A stretch of 64,000 bases of DNA from an uncultured candidate division Zixibacteria bacterium (GTDB lineage: Bacteria > Zixibacteria > MSB-5A5 > GN15 > PGXB01). The stretch spans positions 2,048,001 through 2,112,000 of the forward strand of contig OY969724.1 in assembly GCA_963702205.1 (NCBI GenBank), read 5' to 3'. Every line of letters begins with the position of its first letter. Within the stretch, counting starts at the first letter, position 1. The notes under the pieces are model-generated. The model was not told where the DNA came from and ran no database searches. It worked only from the letters and a program-made list of their open reading frames with translations. The position numbers and the translations under genes were made by a program. Of this stretch, positions 20,964 to 30,805 are shown one piece after another.

Positions 20964-21709
20964 GAAAGACTATTATCGCCGGCAACTGGAAGATGAACAA
21001 AACCAATGCCGAGGCTATCGCGCTGGCTTTGAGCCTGGTCGAGAAGGTCGGCCGGACATCGAAAGCCGATGTTGTCCTGTGTCCGCCGTTTACGGCGCTG
21101 GCCGACGTGGCCGATGCCATCAAGGGTTCGCATATTGAGCTGGGGGCACAGAATATGTATGCCGCCGAGTCCGGGGCGTTTACAGGCGAGATATCGCCAG
21201 ACATGCTCTTGACAATCGGATGCACATACGTTATTTTGGGCCACTCGGAAAGGCGACAATACTTTTCCGAGACCGATCAGACGGTCAACGCCAAGGTTAA
21301 ACTGGCGCTGGCAAAAGGCTTAAAGCCGATTATCTGTGTCGGGGAACTTCTGGAGGACCGTGAAGCCGGACGAACCGAAGGTATTGTGGGTCATCAGGTC
21401 GACGGTGCTCTGGACGGGCTCGATGCGGATCAAATCGGCAAGGTCGTAATTGCCTATGAACCGGTCTGGGCGATAGGGACGGGTAAGACCGCGACTCCCG
21501 AAATGGCCCAGGATGTTCATGCCTTTATACGGTCGCGGCTGCGAAACAAGGCCGGTGAGGTCGCCGATGACATGACAATACAGTACGGCGGCTCGATGAA
21601 CGGCGGCAATGCGGCCGGGCTGTTAAGTCAGCCGGACATTGACGGCGGCCTGATAGGCGGGGCCAGTCTGAAAGCGGATGAATTTGCGAAAATAGTCGAT
21701 AGTGTATAG
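20960..21709 (+). CDS. tpiA: Triosephosphate isomerase
   Basis: [31 protein letters not shown]. Confidence 0.99.
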   Translation: MRKTIIAGNWKMNKTNAEAIALALSLVEKVGRTSKADVVLCPPFTALADVADAIKGSHIELGAQNMYAAESGAFTGEISPDMLLTIGCTYVILGHSERRQYFSETDQTVNAKVKLALAKGLKPIICVGELLEDREAGRTEGIVGHQVDGALDGLDADQIGKVVIAYEPVWAIGTGKTATPEMAQDVHAFIRSRLRNKAGEVADDMTIQYGGSMNGGNAAGLLSQPDIDGGLIGGASLKADEFAKIVDSV

Positions 21710-21723
21710 TAAAGGAGTTTGAA

Positions 21724-22176
21724 TTGTTTACTGCAATGATTGTCTTCCACACCCTGGTCTGCATTCTTTTGGTGATTGTGGTATTGATGCAATCGGCCAA
21801 GGGGGAAGGCCTGGCCGGAGCTTTCGGCGGCGGTGGTTCGGGACTTTCCGGAGCCGTGTTCGGCGGCCGGGGAGCGGCCTCGTTCTTGTCCAAAGCAACG
21901 ACGGTTTTGGCCATAGTATTTATGCTTAATTGCGGGGTGCTGGCGTATATGTCGGCCAATCGGACCGGCGGCAGCACTGCCCCGGAAACGACCGATTCGG
22001 CCGTAACGCGTGAAGCTCAAAAAGAAATGGAACGTCAGGCAGCCCAGCAGCAGGTAACCCCGCCGCAGGAAGGCGAGACGGCGACGCCGGGGCAGTTGCC
22101 TCCGGCCGGTGATCAGCCATCGGAGAAGCCGACCACCACCAATCAGCAGCCGGCAACCGAAGGCACCGGTAAGTAG
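21724..22176 (+). CDS. secG: Preprotein translocase subunit SecG with a long P/Q/T-rich tail
   Basis: VLMQSAKGEGLAGAFGG, FLSKATTVLA; tpiA-secG-tRNA-Leu synteny. Confidence 0.92.
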   Translation: MFTAMIVFHTLVCILLVIVVLMQSAKGEGLAGAFGGGGSGLSGAVFGGRGAASFLSKATTVLAIVFMLNCGVLAYMSANRTGGSTAPETTDSAVTREAQKEMERQAAQQQVTPPQEGETATPGQLPPAGDQPSEKPTTTNQQPATEGTGK

Positions 22177-22191
22177 ACGACAAGTTCGATT

Positions 22192-22273
22192 GCGGAAGTG
22201 GTGGAATCGGTAGACACGCTATCTTGAGGGGGTAGTGCTTTACGGCGTGGGGGTTCAAATCCCCCCTTCCGCA
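22192..22273 (+). tRNA. tRNA-Leu (GAG)
   Basis: GCGGAAG/CTTCCGC acceptor, CTATC-TTGAGGG-GGTAG anticodon arm, long variable arm, GTTCAAAT T loop; CCA not encoded. Confidence 0.95.
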
Positions 22274-22282
22274 TAAATATAG

Positions 22283-22320
22283 AAGGCTCTTTGGGAATTT
22301 CCCAAGAGCCTTTTGTTTTG
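22283..22320 (+). terminator. Rho-independent terminator after tRNA-Leu
   Basis: AAGGCTCTT(T)GGGAA/TTCCCAAGAGCCTT stem followed by a T-rich tail. Confidence 0.8.
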
Positions 22321-22324
22321 TACT

Positions 22325-22370
22325 ATGTCAGGTCTCACCCGATAAGAATCGGGAATGACCTGACATAACA
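22325..22370 (+). repeat. REP hairpin, identical 46-bp direct repeat of 23349-23394
   Basis: ATGTCAGGTC TCA CCCGAT AAGA ATCGGG AAT GACCTGACAT AACA at both sites. Confidence 0.9.
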
Positions 22371-22444
22371 CGCCCCGGCCTGCTTGTTGTTTGTCTGCCT
22401 TGGCGATTTCGATATAACTATAGCAGGTTTAAATTGTCACGCTA

Positions 22445-22843
22445 CGATAGGCAGTTCTGTCAGGTCTTGCCCCGACGCAGTCGGGGTGTGACCTGACAGT
22501 TGACTTATTGCATCCAGTCTTTATATATATCGATAGGCAGTTCTGTCAGGTCCTGCCCCGACGAAGTCGGGGTGTGACCTGACAGTTGACTTATTCCATC
22601 CAGTCTTTATATATATCGATAGGCAGTTCTGTCAGGTCCTGCCCCGACGAAGTCGGGGTGTGACCTGACAGTTGACTTATTGCATCCAGTCTTTATATAT
22701 ATCGATAGGCAGTTCTGTCAGGTCCTGCCCCGACGAAGTCGGGGTGTGACCTGACAGTTGACTTATTCCATCCAGTCTTTATATATATCGATAGGCAGTT
22801 CTGTCAGGTCCTGCCCCGACGAAGTCGGGGTGTGACCTGACAG
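22445..22843 (+). repeat. 86-bp tandem array (4 full units plus 1 partial), each with a 43-bp REP hairpin
   Basis: Units start at 22445, 22531, 22617, 22703, 22789; CTGTCAGGTC-(C/T)TG-CCCCGAC-G(A/C)A-GTCGGGG-TGT-GACCTGACAG. Confidence 0.95.
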
Positions 22844-22848
22844 GTTAA

Positions 22849-23331
22849 TCAGTCTGACCACCCCGTGAAAATCTCCGATTGGTTATTTTTATCGATATAA
22901 GCGCCGGCGCTTGACCATCGCCAATCAGTGGTTTCTTTAACCAGTTTAGATTTTACGGGATTGTTATGAATATATCCCAGCTTTGTCTTAAATACCATTT
23001 CTGAATTAATCGCCACCCTGTCAAACCGTGCCTGCCAAATTGATTTTTCAGGAATTCCAAATTCCGGCGCAACCTTCTGAGCGATATATTTTTTAAAATC
23101 TCTTATGAAATTGGATAGTTCTCGTCCGTCAATAAAGAGTAATAAGTGTATGTGAGACGGCATTAATACATATCCTGCGATGCGAGCATTGTATTTTTTC
23201 GCATAATAGACAAGTTCTTTAAATAAAACTTCGTAGAAGCCGGGAATGTCTCCATATTTCCTGTGGTCTTTATATGACGTTGTTACGAAGAAACAGTTTG
23301 AAAGGATTTGGTTTTTATATCTAAGTCCCAT
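22849..23331 (-). mobile_element. REP-associated tyrosine transposase (RAYT/TnpA-REP, Y1 HUH family)
   Basis: FFVTT, YVLMPSHIHLL (HUH), WQARF, YIHNNPV, WRWSS; flanked by REP hairpins. Confidence 0.9.
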
Positions 23332-23348
23332 GTTGATTAGCGGCCAAA

Positions 23349-23394
23349 ATGTCAGGTCTCACCCGATAAGAATCGGGAATGACCTGACATAACA
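23349..23394 (+). repeat. REP hairpin 17 nt upstream of the RAYT start codon
   Basis: Identical to 22325-22370. Confidence 0.9.
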
Positions 23395-23435
23395 TATCTG
23401 TGCCCCGGTTTATTTTTAATCTGGCGAATTGGCAT

Positions 23436-23987
23436 TTAATTGGGTAACCACTGCGTCGGTCCGAATTGATCAATAAATCGCTGGAGATTTTCGAAATTCT
23501 TCTTCGTGAAATGACGGGTAATGAAATAATCTCGTCCGGTGATTTTGATTTCAACTTCATCCGCGTGGGCAATAGTCCAAAGATCGCCAATCGATATATG
23601 ATACCAAACCCTCTCAGTAATCTTTGCCCCGAGAGCGTCGGCACTTATGTCGTGATTATCGGTTGCATTTATTCTAACAAAATCCATTCTTTTTCCGTCT
23701 ACTAATGCAACCAGAGATCTGCCGTCCCTGCTAAATAGCCAATCATTGGACTGATATATCACCATTATTGAAAAGCTCGTATCTCTCAATGAAGATATGT
23801 ATCTTTGAGGATTGAAATAGGCATGGGTATTATCAAAAATACTCGTTCCTCCCAGTTCGTTACCCCTCATGCGATCAATTTTGTAATTGTCGAATTTGTC
23901 CTCGATGGTTTCAACCTTATAATCAATCAGTGTGCCGCTACCGCAACCAATCAATATCAATGGTAATAATATTACTAAATATTTCAT
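23436..23987 (-). CDS. Hypothetical lipoprotein (AT-rich)
   Basis: MKYLVILLPLILIGC lipobox. Confidence 0.7.
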   Translation of the reverse strand: MKYLVILLPLILIGCGSGTLIDYKVETIEDKFDNYKIDRMRGNELGGTSIFDNTHAYFNPQRYISSLRDTSFSIMVIYQSNDWLFSRDGRSLVALVDGKRMDFVRINATDNHDISADALGAKITERVWYHISIGDLWTIAHADEVEIKITGRDYFITRHFTKKNFENLQRFIDQFGPTQWLPN

Positions 23988-24313
23988 GCTAACAAACCGC
24001 TATACTATATAATTTTTAGGGTCAGTCGTGACATTATCAAACTTTATGAACGTGTGAAATATTAATTTCTTTAAGCCAAAATCTATTATTAAAATAAATA
24101 TATAACATTCGATTTATTTCTGACGGGGTGGCCCTAACTTCAGACCCGACATAACTCTCTCTCTGAATATTATAACACCCCGCAATTTTGCCCAATAATA
24201 GACTGATTCTTATTATAGTATAATATTGAGAAATGAATTGTCAATCATAAATGCGCACTTAAGGCGACGTTTACAAACATCGTTGGATATCACAAAATGG
24301 ACCTAATCAAGTT

Positions 24314-24350
24314 CTGTCAGGTCTTGCGCCGAAGGCGTGTGACCTGACAG
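24314..24350 (+). repeat. REP hairpin, same family as the RAYT-linked array
   Basis: CTGTCAGGTC TTG CGCC GAA GGCG TGT GACCTGACAG. Confidence 0.85.
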
Positions 24351-24368
24351 AATAATGGATGCGCTGTA

Positions 24369-25568
24369 CTATTGCACCATCGCGGCGGAGCAGAAATTCC
24401 GCAGATTGGGCAACTCTTCGGCCAGCCCAAGCTTCGATATGTACTGTTTGTCGATCGCCGAATTATTTTCATCGCGAATTTTATGGCTCTGGTCATATTC
24501 GATGGCAAAAGCCAGATGCACCGCGGTCAGGACGTTGAGTATCGGACTGGGGGCATTACTCGGTGAATAGTGCAAAGCGACGGCTTCGAGGATGGTGTCG
24601 GGCAGTCCCCACAAAGACAACAGGTGAGCGCCGATTTCGGCATCGGTTACACCGAGTATCCCGCGCTGCGCCTCGCATATGGTGATATGTTTTTCTTCGG
24701 CGATGCGGATCGACTGCTGAAGCTCATCCTGGAAATGCAAAAGCATGACCAGTTTACCGACGTCATGCAACATGCCCGCCATAAGGGCGTCATCGGTCAG
24801 GCGGGAGTGCAGCCCGAAAGCATTGGCAATGTGCCGCGAACTGGTGCCGATCATCACCGAACGCAAATATATGGAATCGATTGAATATCCCGGAAGACCC
24901 GGATCGTGAAACTGGCTGAATACTCCGGCGGCGAGGACGAGGCTGCGGATGGTATCGAGTCCGAGGAAATTGACGGCGTGGAGAATGCTTTCAATATGGG
25001 TCGGCAGTCCGAAATAGGCCGAGTTGGTCATCTGCAGAATCTTGGCCGTGATGGAGACGTCTTTTTTTATCAGGTCCGCGACCCGGCGGGGATTGGTGTT
25101 ATCGTTGCGGAGTTCCTCGACGAGTCTATTGTAAATTTCGGGGGGACTGGGCAGCATGTCGATGGTCGCGATGCGGATGTGCAGTTCTTCACTGGTGAGA
25201 AGTTCACGCAACCCAAGGGAGTTTTCAATAAGTTTACAAAGGGAGTCGGCCTGGCAGGGTTTAGCTATATAACGGTGCCCCACGTTGATGGCCTTAAAAA
25301 CAAGGTCCCGGTCGCTGTTGGCGGTAAGTATTATCCGTAAAGCCCTGGGGCTTTTCTTCTGTATGTCTCTCAAGAGTTCGGGACCGGTGATGTCGTCGAG
25401 AACCATCTCGCTGACGACAGCATCGAAATCCGTCGTGTCAAAAAGCTGAAGCGCTTCTTGTCCGTTTCTGGCCAGTTTTATATCCCAGGTGTCTTTGAAA
25501 TTGGCGGCCAGTTCGCCCTGGTCAGGGGCGTTGCCCGGATCGGAATCGATCAATAGTATGCGGCGCAT
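24369..25568 (-). CDS. Response regulator, receiver plus HDOD domain (atypical receiver)
   Basis: ILLIDSD...IAKP receiver; LPSPP, NSAYFG, GMLHDVGKL, W.LP..I.EAV..H HDOD; GGAGG RBS. Confidence 0.9.
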   Translation of the reverse strand: MRRILLIDSDPGNAPDQGELAANFKDTWDIKLARNGQEALQLFDTTDFDAVVSEMVLDDITGPELLRDIQKKSPRALRIILTANSDRDLVFKAINVGHRYIAKPCQADSLCKLIENSLGLRELLTSEELHIRIATIDMLPSPPEIYNRLVEELRNDNTNPRRVADLIKKDVSITAKILQMTNSAYFGLPTHIESILHAVNFLGLDTIRSLVLAAGVFSQFHDPGLPGYSIDSIYLRSVMIGTSSRHIANAFGLHSRLTDDALMAGMLHDVGKLVMLLHFQDELQQSIRIAEEKHITICEAQRGILGVTDAEIGAHLLSLWGLPDTILEAVALHYSPSNAPSPILNVLTAVHLAFAIEYDQSHKIRDENNSAIDKQYISKLGLAEELPNLRNFCSAAMVQ

Positions 25569-25864
25569 CGTTGTTGTATCCTCCAAATGAATGCGAATTC
25601 TCGAAAAAATCCGGGTCGGGATTGCCCTCAAATGTCGCAGACTTTAAAGACATCTTTAAGAACTACGGACAGGCACAACCAGAGTCTTGCAGAGCGCCTT
25701 TAATCCCAACCTCACAGTTATGATTATCGGACAATTTTTGACACAGTTTACGGCTCTCAATAAATATGGTACGGCCTTGAACAGGGTGTGGGAAACGCCC
25801 CATACCGGCGTCTATATGCTAAATTTTTGTTGATTGCAGCGGCTTTGTGTCATATAAAACGTCT

Positions 25865-26755
25865 ATGAAACCGCGTAAATATTGGATTTTCGGGCTCCTG
25901 GTCGTGTCCGCCCTGATAGCCCTGCCGTCATTGTCCGGGGCTCAAGATAAGTCGGGCACCGACAATCGTATGTGTCTCACATTCGATAACCTGCCGTCGG
26001 AAAATTACTATTCCCGCGAAGACAGAGCCGAAATTACCGATTCTATCCTGGCCGCACTGGATCGTCATAAGGTCAAAGCGGTCGGTTTCGTGATCGGCGA
26101 CTATGTGGCTGGGGACTGGGATCAACTCGTCAAGTGGCTCGATCACGGGCATATTCTCGGGTTCGAGACGTTTTCCGGACAGAATGTCTACGACGCCCCT
26201 CCCGAAGCTTTTATCGGTGATATCGCCAAAGGTCGTGAGGCGATCGAGGACCTTCTCGAAACCTATAAAATAAAGCCACGATATTTCCGGTATCCTCTGC
26301 TTCATTATGGCGATGAGTACGATGTTAAAAACCAGATCAAAGCGTATCTCGACGAAAATGATATTACCGTCGCCCCGGTGACCATTCTGGTCGAAGATTT
26401 CGTGCACAATATGTCGCTGGAAAATCTGCTCAAACGCCGCGACACTGCCGGAGTCGAGCAGCTCCGGGCGGAGTACGTGGATCACATCTTATCCCGGGTG
26501 GCGTCGGCCGAGGACCTGGCCAAAGAAGTGGTGGGGCGACCGGTGCGGCACATCATACAGCTGCGGGCGAACCGCATCAACGCGCTGTTTCTCGATGACG
26601 TCCTGACCACGCTCGAAGCAAAGGGCTATAGGTTTATTACACTGGGCTATGCCTTGAAAGACAAGATTTATCAGAAGCAGGACAATTATTACGGGCATAG
26701 AGTCGTTTCTTTCCTCGACCGTATTCGCGAGTCCAAAGTGGAAGAAAAGAAATAG
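25865..26755 (+). CDS. Secreted polysaccharide deacetylase (NodB/CE4)-fold protein with degenerate catalytic motifs
   Basis: Signal peptide, CLTFDNLP, AVGFVIG, YFRYPLL, GYRFITL. Confidence 0.75.
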   Translation: MKPRKYWIFGLLVVSALIALPSLSGAQDKSGTDNRMCLTFDNLPSENYYSREDRAEITDSILAALDRHKVKAVGFVIGDYVAGDWDQLVKWLDHGHILGFETFSGQNVYDAPPEAFIGDIAKGREAIEDLLETYKIKPRYFRYPLLHYGDEYDVKNQIKAYLDENDITVAPVTILVEDFVHNMSLENLLKRRDTAGVEQLRAEYVDHILSRVASAEDLAKEVVGRPVRHIIQLRANRINALFLDDVLTTLEAKGYRFITLGYALKDKIYQKQDNYYGHRVVSFLDRIRESKVEEKK

Positions 26756-26790
26756 CTGATTTCCTCATACATCTGCCCGTCACAATATTT

Positions 26791-26819
26791 TTGACAATTC
26801 AATCCCGTTTTGCTATATC
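26791..26819 (+). promoter_or_regulatory. Putative sigma70 promoter (extended -10)
   Basis: TTGACA-17 nt-TATATC preceded by TGn. Confidence 0.55.
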
Positions 26820-26894
26820 TTGTAAAATCTATACGAATAATAGCCAGCCGAATATCCGTGCTGCGGATACCGGCGAAATAGATTTGGAGAGAAT

Positions 26895-27416
26895 ATGGAT
26901 ATTTTTGAATTTGCGATGAAGATGGAAGCCGACGGCAAGGCGTACTACGAAAAACAGGCGGCATCCTCGCCGGTTCAGGAGTTGAAAGATATCCTTCTGC
27001 AGTTGGCCGAGGAAGAGGGCCGTCACTATGAGACGTTTCGTCGGATGAAAGAAGACCCATCGGATATTTCCGGGTCGAGCCTGCTGGCCGGTACGGAGAC
27101 ATTGAAAAACGTACAGAACATTTTCGAACAGCTTTCGGCGGCGTCCGACCGGGGACCGTTCGATGATGAAGTCATCGAGGCATGGAAGGCGGCCCGGCAG
27201 ATTGAAGTAAAATCCGAGCAGTTTTACCGTGAAAAGGTGGGGCTGGAAAGCGATGAAGCTCGCAAGAAAGTTTTTCTGCGCATCGCGCAGGAAGAAAATG
27301 TCCACATGCAGATGATCGACGGTATCATCACCTATTTAAAACACCCGCAGACCTTTGTCGACAGTGCGCAGTTCAAGAATTTCCGGAGCCTCGAAGGTTT
27401 CGGGATGGATGAATAA
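26895..27416 (+). CDS. Rubrerythrin-like ferritin-family diiron protein
   Basis: AMKME..YY..LAEEEGRH and ARQIE..FY..IAQEENVH duplicated diiron motifs. Confidence 0.88.
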   Translation: MDIFEFAMKMEADGKAYYEKQAASSPVQELKDILLQLAEEEGRHYETFRRMKEDPSDISGSSLLAGTETLKNVQNIFEQLSAASDRGPFDDEVIEAWKAARQIEVKSEQFYREKVGLESDEARKKVFLRIAQEENVHMQMIDGIITYLKHPQTFVDSAQFKNFRSLEGFGMDE

Positions 27417-27427
27417 TCAGACTATTG

Positions 27428-28369
27428 TTATTGCATAACCAGCGCGAATTCATGCGCTGTGCGTGCAATCCGGTGGGTGATTTCTTCGGGCGTCGGGACC
27501 AGTTCGGCGCTTGTCAGGCTGCCGCTTTTATGATCGATTTTTTCAAATATCTGACTGTACAGCTGGAAAATCACTTCAAGACTGAACTGGTATTCGGGAC
27601 TTAAATGTGGGTATATTTTGCGCGACATCTTTTCGACCCGGCCGTGGAAATATCCCGCGATCGATTCATACACCCCTACCAGATTCCTGAAAGTATGAGC
27701 GACCGGTCCGCCGGAGGCGATTTGTTTCAGATCGGACATTTTCAGCGCGTAGCGTTTCAATAACGAATCGGGGAAATAACATAAGCCGTCTTTGATGTCT
27801 TTTTGAAAATCACGAATGATATGCACGAAATACGCGAACAGCGCCAGTGGCCGGGCGGCGGCGCGAATATCGAATGCGGGCGGGATGTACTTATTGCCGG
27901 ATTTGGTCACGCCGCACAGGTGCATGAAAACCGAGGCCGGGGAGATGGCGGCGCCTTCGCAGTAGCGCAAAAATCCAAGCAGACTCGGGAAACCGTCGTG
28001 GTGCAGGTCGTACAGCATGGACTTGGCCAGTCTTTCCCACGGCCAGGCGGGTATCGCGAAGCGGTGCATCGTTTCAAGCAAATGCTTCTGGATATCGTCG
28101 ATGGGCCGGTTTGACAAAAGAGCCGTAGTCCACGCATCGATCCTCCGGTCGATAGCGGCCGTGATTTCCGGGGACTCGCGATCGGAGGAAGATTTATGAT
28201 TGTCGACCAGATCGTCGAGCCAGCGCATCGACTTGTAGCAGGTTCTGAAGGCCCGGTAGCGGTCATCGTCCCAGAAGCGGGCGGCAATATCCAGTATCGG
28301 ATTAGCCAGAATGCTGGTAATATCCAAACGAGAAAGAAAGCGGGCTTTGTGTTCAGACGCCGGGGTCAT
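27428..28369 (-). CDS. Squalene/phytoene synthase family protein
   Basis: MRWLDDLVD, YCEGAA, IIRDFQKD..G..YFP. Confidence 0.8.
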   Translation of the reverse strand: MTPASEHKARFLSRLDITSILANPILDIAARFWDDDRYRAFRTCYKSMRWLDDLVDNHKSSSDRESPEITAAIDRRIDAWTTALLSNRPIDDIQKHLLETMHRFAIPAWPWERLAKSMLYDLHHDGFPSLLGFLRYCEGAAISPASVFMHLCGVTKSGNKYIPPAFDIRAAARPLALFAYFVHIIRDFQKDIKDGLCYFPDSLLKRYALKMSDLKQIASGGPVAHTFRNLVGVYESIAGYFHGRVEKMSRKIYPHLSPEYQFSLEVIFQLYSQIFEKIDHKSGSLTSAELVPTPEEITHRIARTAHEFALVMQ

Positions 28370-28481
28370 AATTTCCTCCGATTGATTTACGAGAAAAATA
28401 CACAATCCCAACGATCAAAACAAGACTAAAATAGTCCAGAATATGAAAATTTCTGAATATTGGATTGTCCCGGTCCGAATA

Positions 28482-30560
28482 TTAAGCCACTTTTTTCTGG
28501 AGTTTTTCGGCGATGACTTCTTCTTCGATATTTTTCGGCAGCGGCCGATAATCGAGGAATTCCATCGAGAAGCTGGCTCGTCCGCTTGACAGAGTGCGAA
28601 TGGTCGAAGCGTAGCCGAACATCTCTTTGAGCGGCACGGTTCCGTTGAGCTTCTGCGAGCCCTTGCGGAAACGGCGGAGCTTTTCGATCTTGCCGCGACG
28701 GCGGTTGATGTCGGCAATAATATCGCCCATGTATTCATCGGGCGTATTGATCTCAATTTTCATGATCGGTTCCAGAAGCTGCGGACCGGTCCGGTGGATT
28801 ATCTCGCGAAGCGCATGTGTCGTGCAAATGCGGAAAGTCATCTCGCTGGAGTCGACCTCATGGTAGGAGCCGTCGATAAGCACGAATTTCATGTCGATCA
28901 TCGGGAATCCGGCAATCAAACCTTTTTCGGCGGACTCGCGGAAGCCTTTTTCGACGCCGGGAATATATTCGCGGGGAATTCGGCCACCGGTGACAAGATT
29001 CGTAAATTCCAGCCCCTGGCCAGGATTGGGTTCCAGACGGAATTCTATATGAGCAAACTGGCCTTTGCCGCCGGTCTGCTTTTTATAGCGATATTTGTGG
29101 CTGAATTCGGATGTTATCGTCTCGCGGAAGGCAACCGCGGGCTGGCCGACTTTGACTGCGACCTTGTGTTCGGTTTTCAGGCGGTCGATGATAACGTCGA
29201 GATGCAGCTCACCCATACCGGAGATAATCGTCTCACCGGTTTCATCGTCGAATTTGGCATTGAACGAGGGGTCCTCAAGAGCGACTCGACTCAAGGCCAT
29301 GCCCAGCCGGTCGCGGTCTTTTCTGTCTTCGGCTTCGATACGCAAATCAAGCACGGTTTCCGGGTAGTGGATGCTTTCGAGCAGTATCGGGTCGCCCTCG
29401 TCGCAGAGCGTATTCCCGGTCGAGGTGGTTTTAAGGCCGATCAAGGCGGCGATGTCGCCGGCTTTGATTTCACTCATTTCCTGACGAGCCCCGGCGCGGA
29501 TACGCATGATCCGGCCGACCCGCTCCCGCTTACCGGTCGTGGAATTGAGAATATAGCTGCCAGCCTTAAGTTCGCCCGAGTACGCCCGGATAAACGTCTG
29601 CTGGCCGACAAACGGATCATTGATAATTTTAAAAGCCAGTGCCGAAAACGGGGGATTGGACGACGGACGTCTGGTTAACGTGGTCTCGTGGTCGTTGACA
29701 TCGACACCGCGAACCGAACCGCGATCGACCGGCGACGGCAGATAATCGACGACGGCGTCGAGCAAAAGCTGTATGCCTTTGTTCTTGAAAGCCGAGCCGC
29801 AGAAGACCGGGGTTATGCAAAGTCCCAGGGTGGCGGTGCGAGCGGCTCGCATTATATCTTCGGTCGTGATTTCTTTTTCGTCGAGGTACTTGCTCATCAA
29901 CTTGTCGTCGTAGTCGGCGAGTGTGGTGACAAGCGTATCGTGCAGTTCGGTGGCGCGGGGGAGGAGGTCTTCAGGGATGTCTTTTCCGACCCGCTGAAGA
30001 CTTTCGTAGTACGTGGCTTTCATCGTAACCAGATCAATAATGCCCTCGAAATTTTCTTCGTCACCGATCGGCATCTGGAACGCCAGGGCGTTGGCTCCAA
30101 GAGTTTCGTTCATCTGGTCGGTTGTCTGGAACATGTCGGCCCCGGCGCGGTCCATTTTGTTGATGAAGACGATGCGGGGGACTTTGTAGCGGTCGGCCTG
30201 ATGCCAGACTGTCTCGCTCTGGGGTTCGACGCCGCCGACGGCGCAAAAAACCATCACGATACCGTCGAGTACCCGCAGCGAGCGTTCCACTTCGAGGGTG
30301 AAGTCGATATGGCCGGGGGTGTCGATGATGTTTATCTGGTGGTCGTTCCAGGCGGTGGTTATGGCCGCCGAGGAAATGGTGATGCCGCGTTCCTGTTCCT
30401 GTTTCATGAAATCCATCACGGCTTCGCCGTCGTGCACTTCGCCCAACCGGTGTATCATCCCTGTGAAAAAGAGGATGCGCTCGGTCGTGGTTGTCTTGCC
30501 GGCGTCGATATGGGCCACAATGCCGATATTCCGAATATTATGTATGGTTGCCTGATCCAT
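28482..30560 (-). CDS. fusA: Elongation factor G (stand-alone copy)
   Basis: [39 protein letters not shown]. Confidence 0.95.
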   Translation of the reverse strand: MDQATIHNIRNIGIVAHIDAGKTTTTERILFFTGMIHRLGEVHDGEAVMDFMKQEQERGITISSAAITTAWNDHQINIIDTPGHIDFTLEVERSLRVLDGIVMVFCAVGGVEPQSETVWHQADRYKVPRIVFINKMDRAGADMFQTTDQMNETLGANALAFQMPIGDEENFEGIIDLVTMKATYYESLQRVGKDIPEDLLPRATELHDTLVTTLADYDDKLMSKYLDEKEITTEDIMRAARTATLGLCITPVFCGSAFKNKGIQLLLDAVVDYLPSPVDRGSVRGVDVNDHETTLTRRPSSNPPFSALAFKIINDPFVGQQTFIRAYSGELKAGSYILNSTTGKRERVGRIMRIRAGARQEMSEIKAGDIAALIGLKTTSTGNTLCDEGDPILLESIHYPETVLDLRIEAEDRKDRDRLGMALSRVALEDPSFNAKFDDETGETIISGMGELHLDVIIDRLKTEHKVAVKVGQPAVAFRETITSEFSHKYRYKKQTGGKGQFAHIEFRLEPNPGQGLEFTNLVTGGRIPREYIPGVEKGFRESAEKGLIAGFPMIDMKFVLIDGSYHEVDSSEMTFRICTTHALREIIHRTGPQLLEPIMKIEINTPDEYMGDIIADINRRRGKIEKLRRFRKGSQKLNGTVPLKEMFGYASTIRTLSSGRASFSMEFLDYRPLPKNIEEEVIAEKLQKKVA

Positions 30561-30805
30561 TGTTCTCAAAACCCCTTAGTTTTCTTGTAAAGCTTAAAAA
30601 AAAGCGTTAGTAAGGAGGACCGGGGAAACTAATCAATTTTCTTTAAACGTCAAGTAAAATCTTTTGTTCCGGGGCGTTTCGGTCAATTTTTGTGTAATTA
30701 TCGACCAAATTTGTAGATAATTGATTAAGAAAGGGCTAAGATTGGGTTAAGGACGCATCGCGTCTTTACTTTCAAATCGCGCCTTTCTTCGTTCCGTCGG
30801 GCGAG

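Noticed and set aside
22445..22843. CRISPR array
   Set aside because: The linkers are near-identical rather than unique spacers, there are no cas genes, and the adjacent gene is a RAYT
22849..23331. IS200/IS605 TnpA insertion sequence
   Set aside because: WQ, NPV and W.WSS motifs and multiple flanking REPs fit RAYT; no tnpB
22192..24350. Prophage or integrase-type island at tRNA-Leu
   Set aside because: No integrase, phage genes or duplicated tRNA 3' end seen
28794..30590. Long plus-strand ORFs opposite fusA, and similar antisense ORFs over gap, vor, degT and the TBDR
   Set aside because: Antisense shadows of strongly biased coding genes with no recognisable motifs
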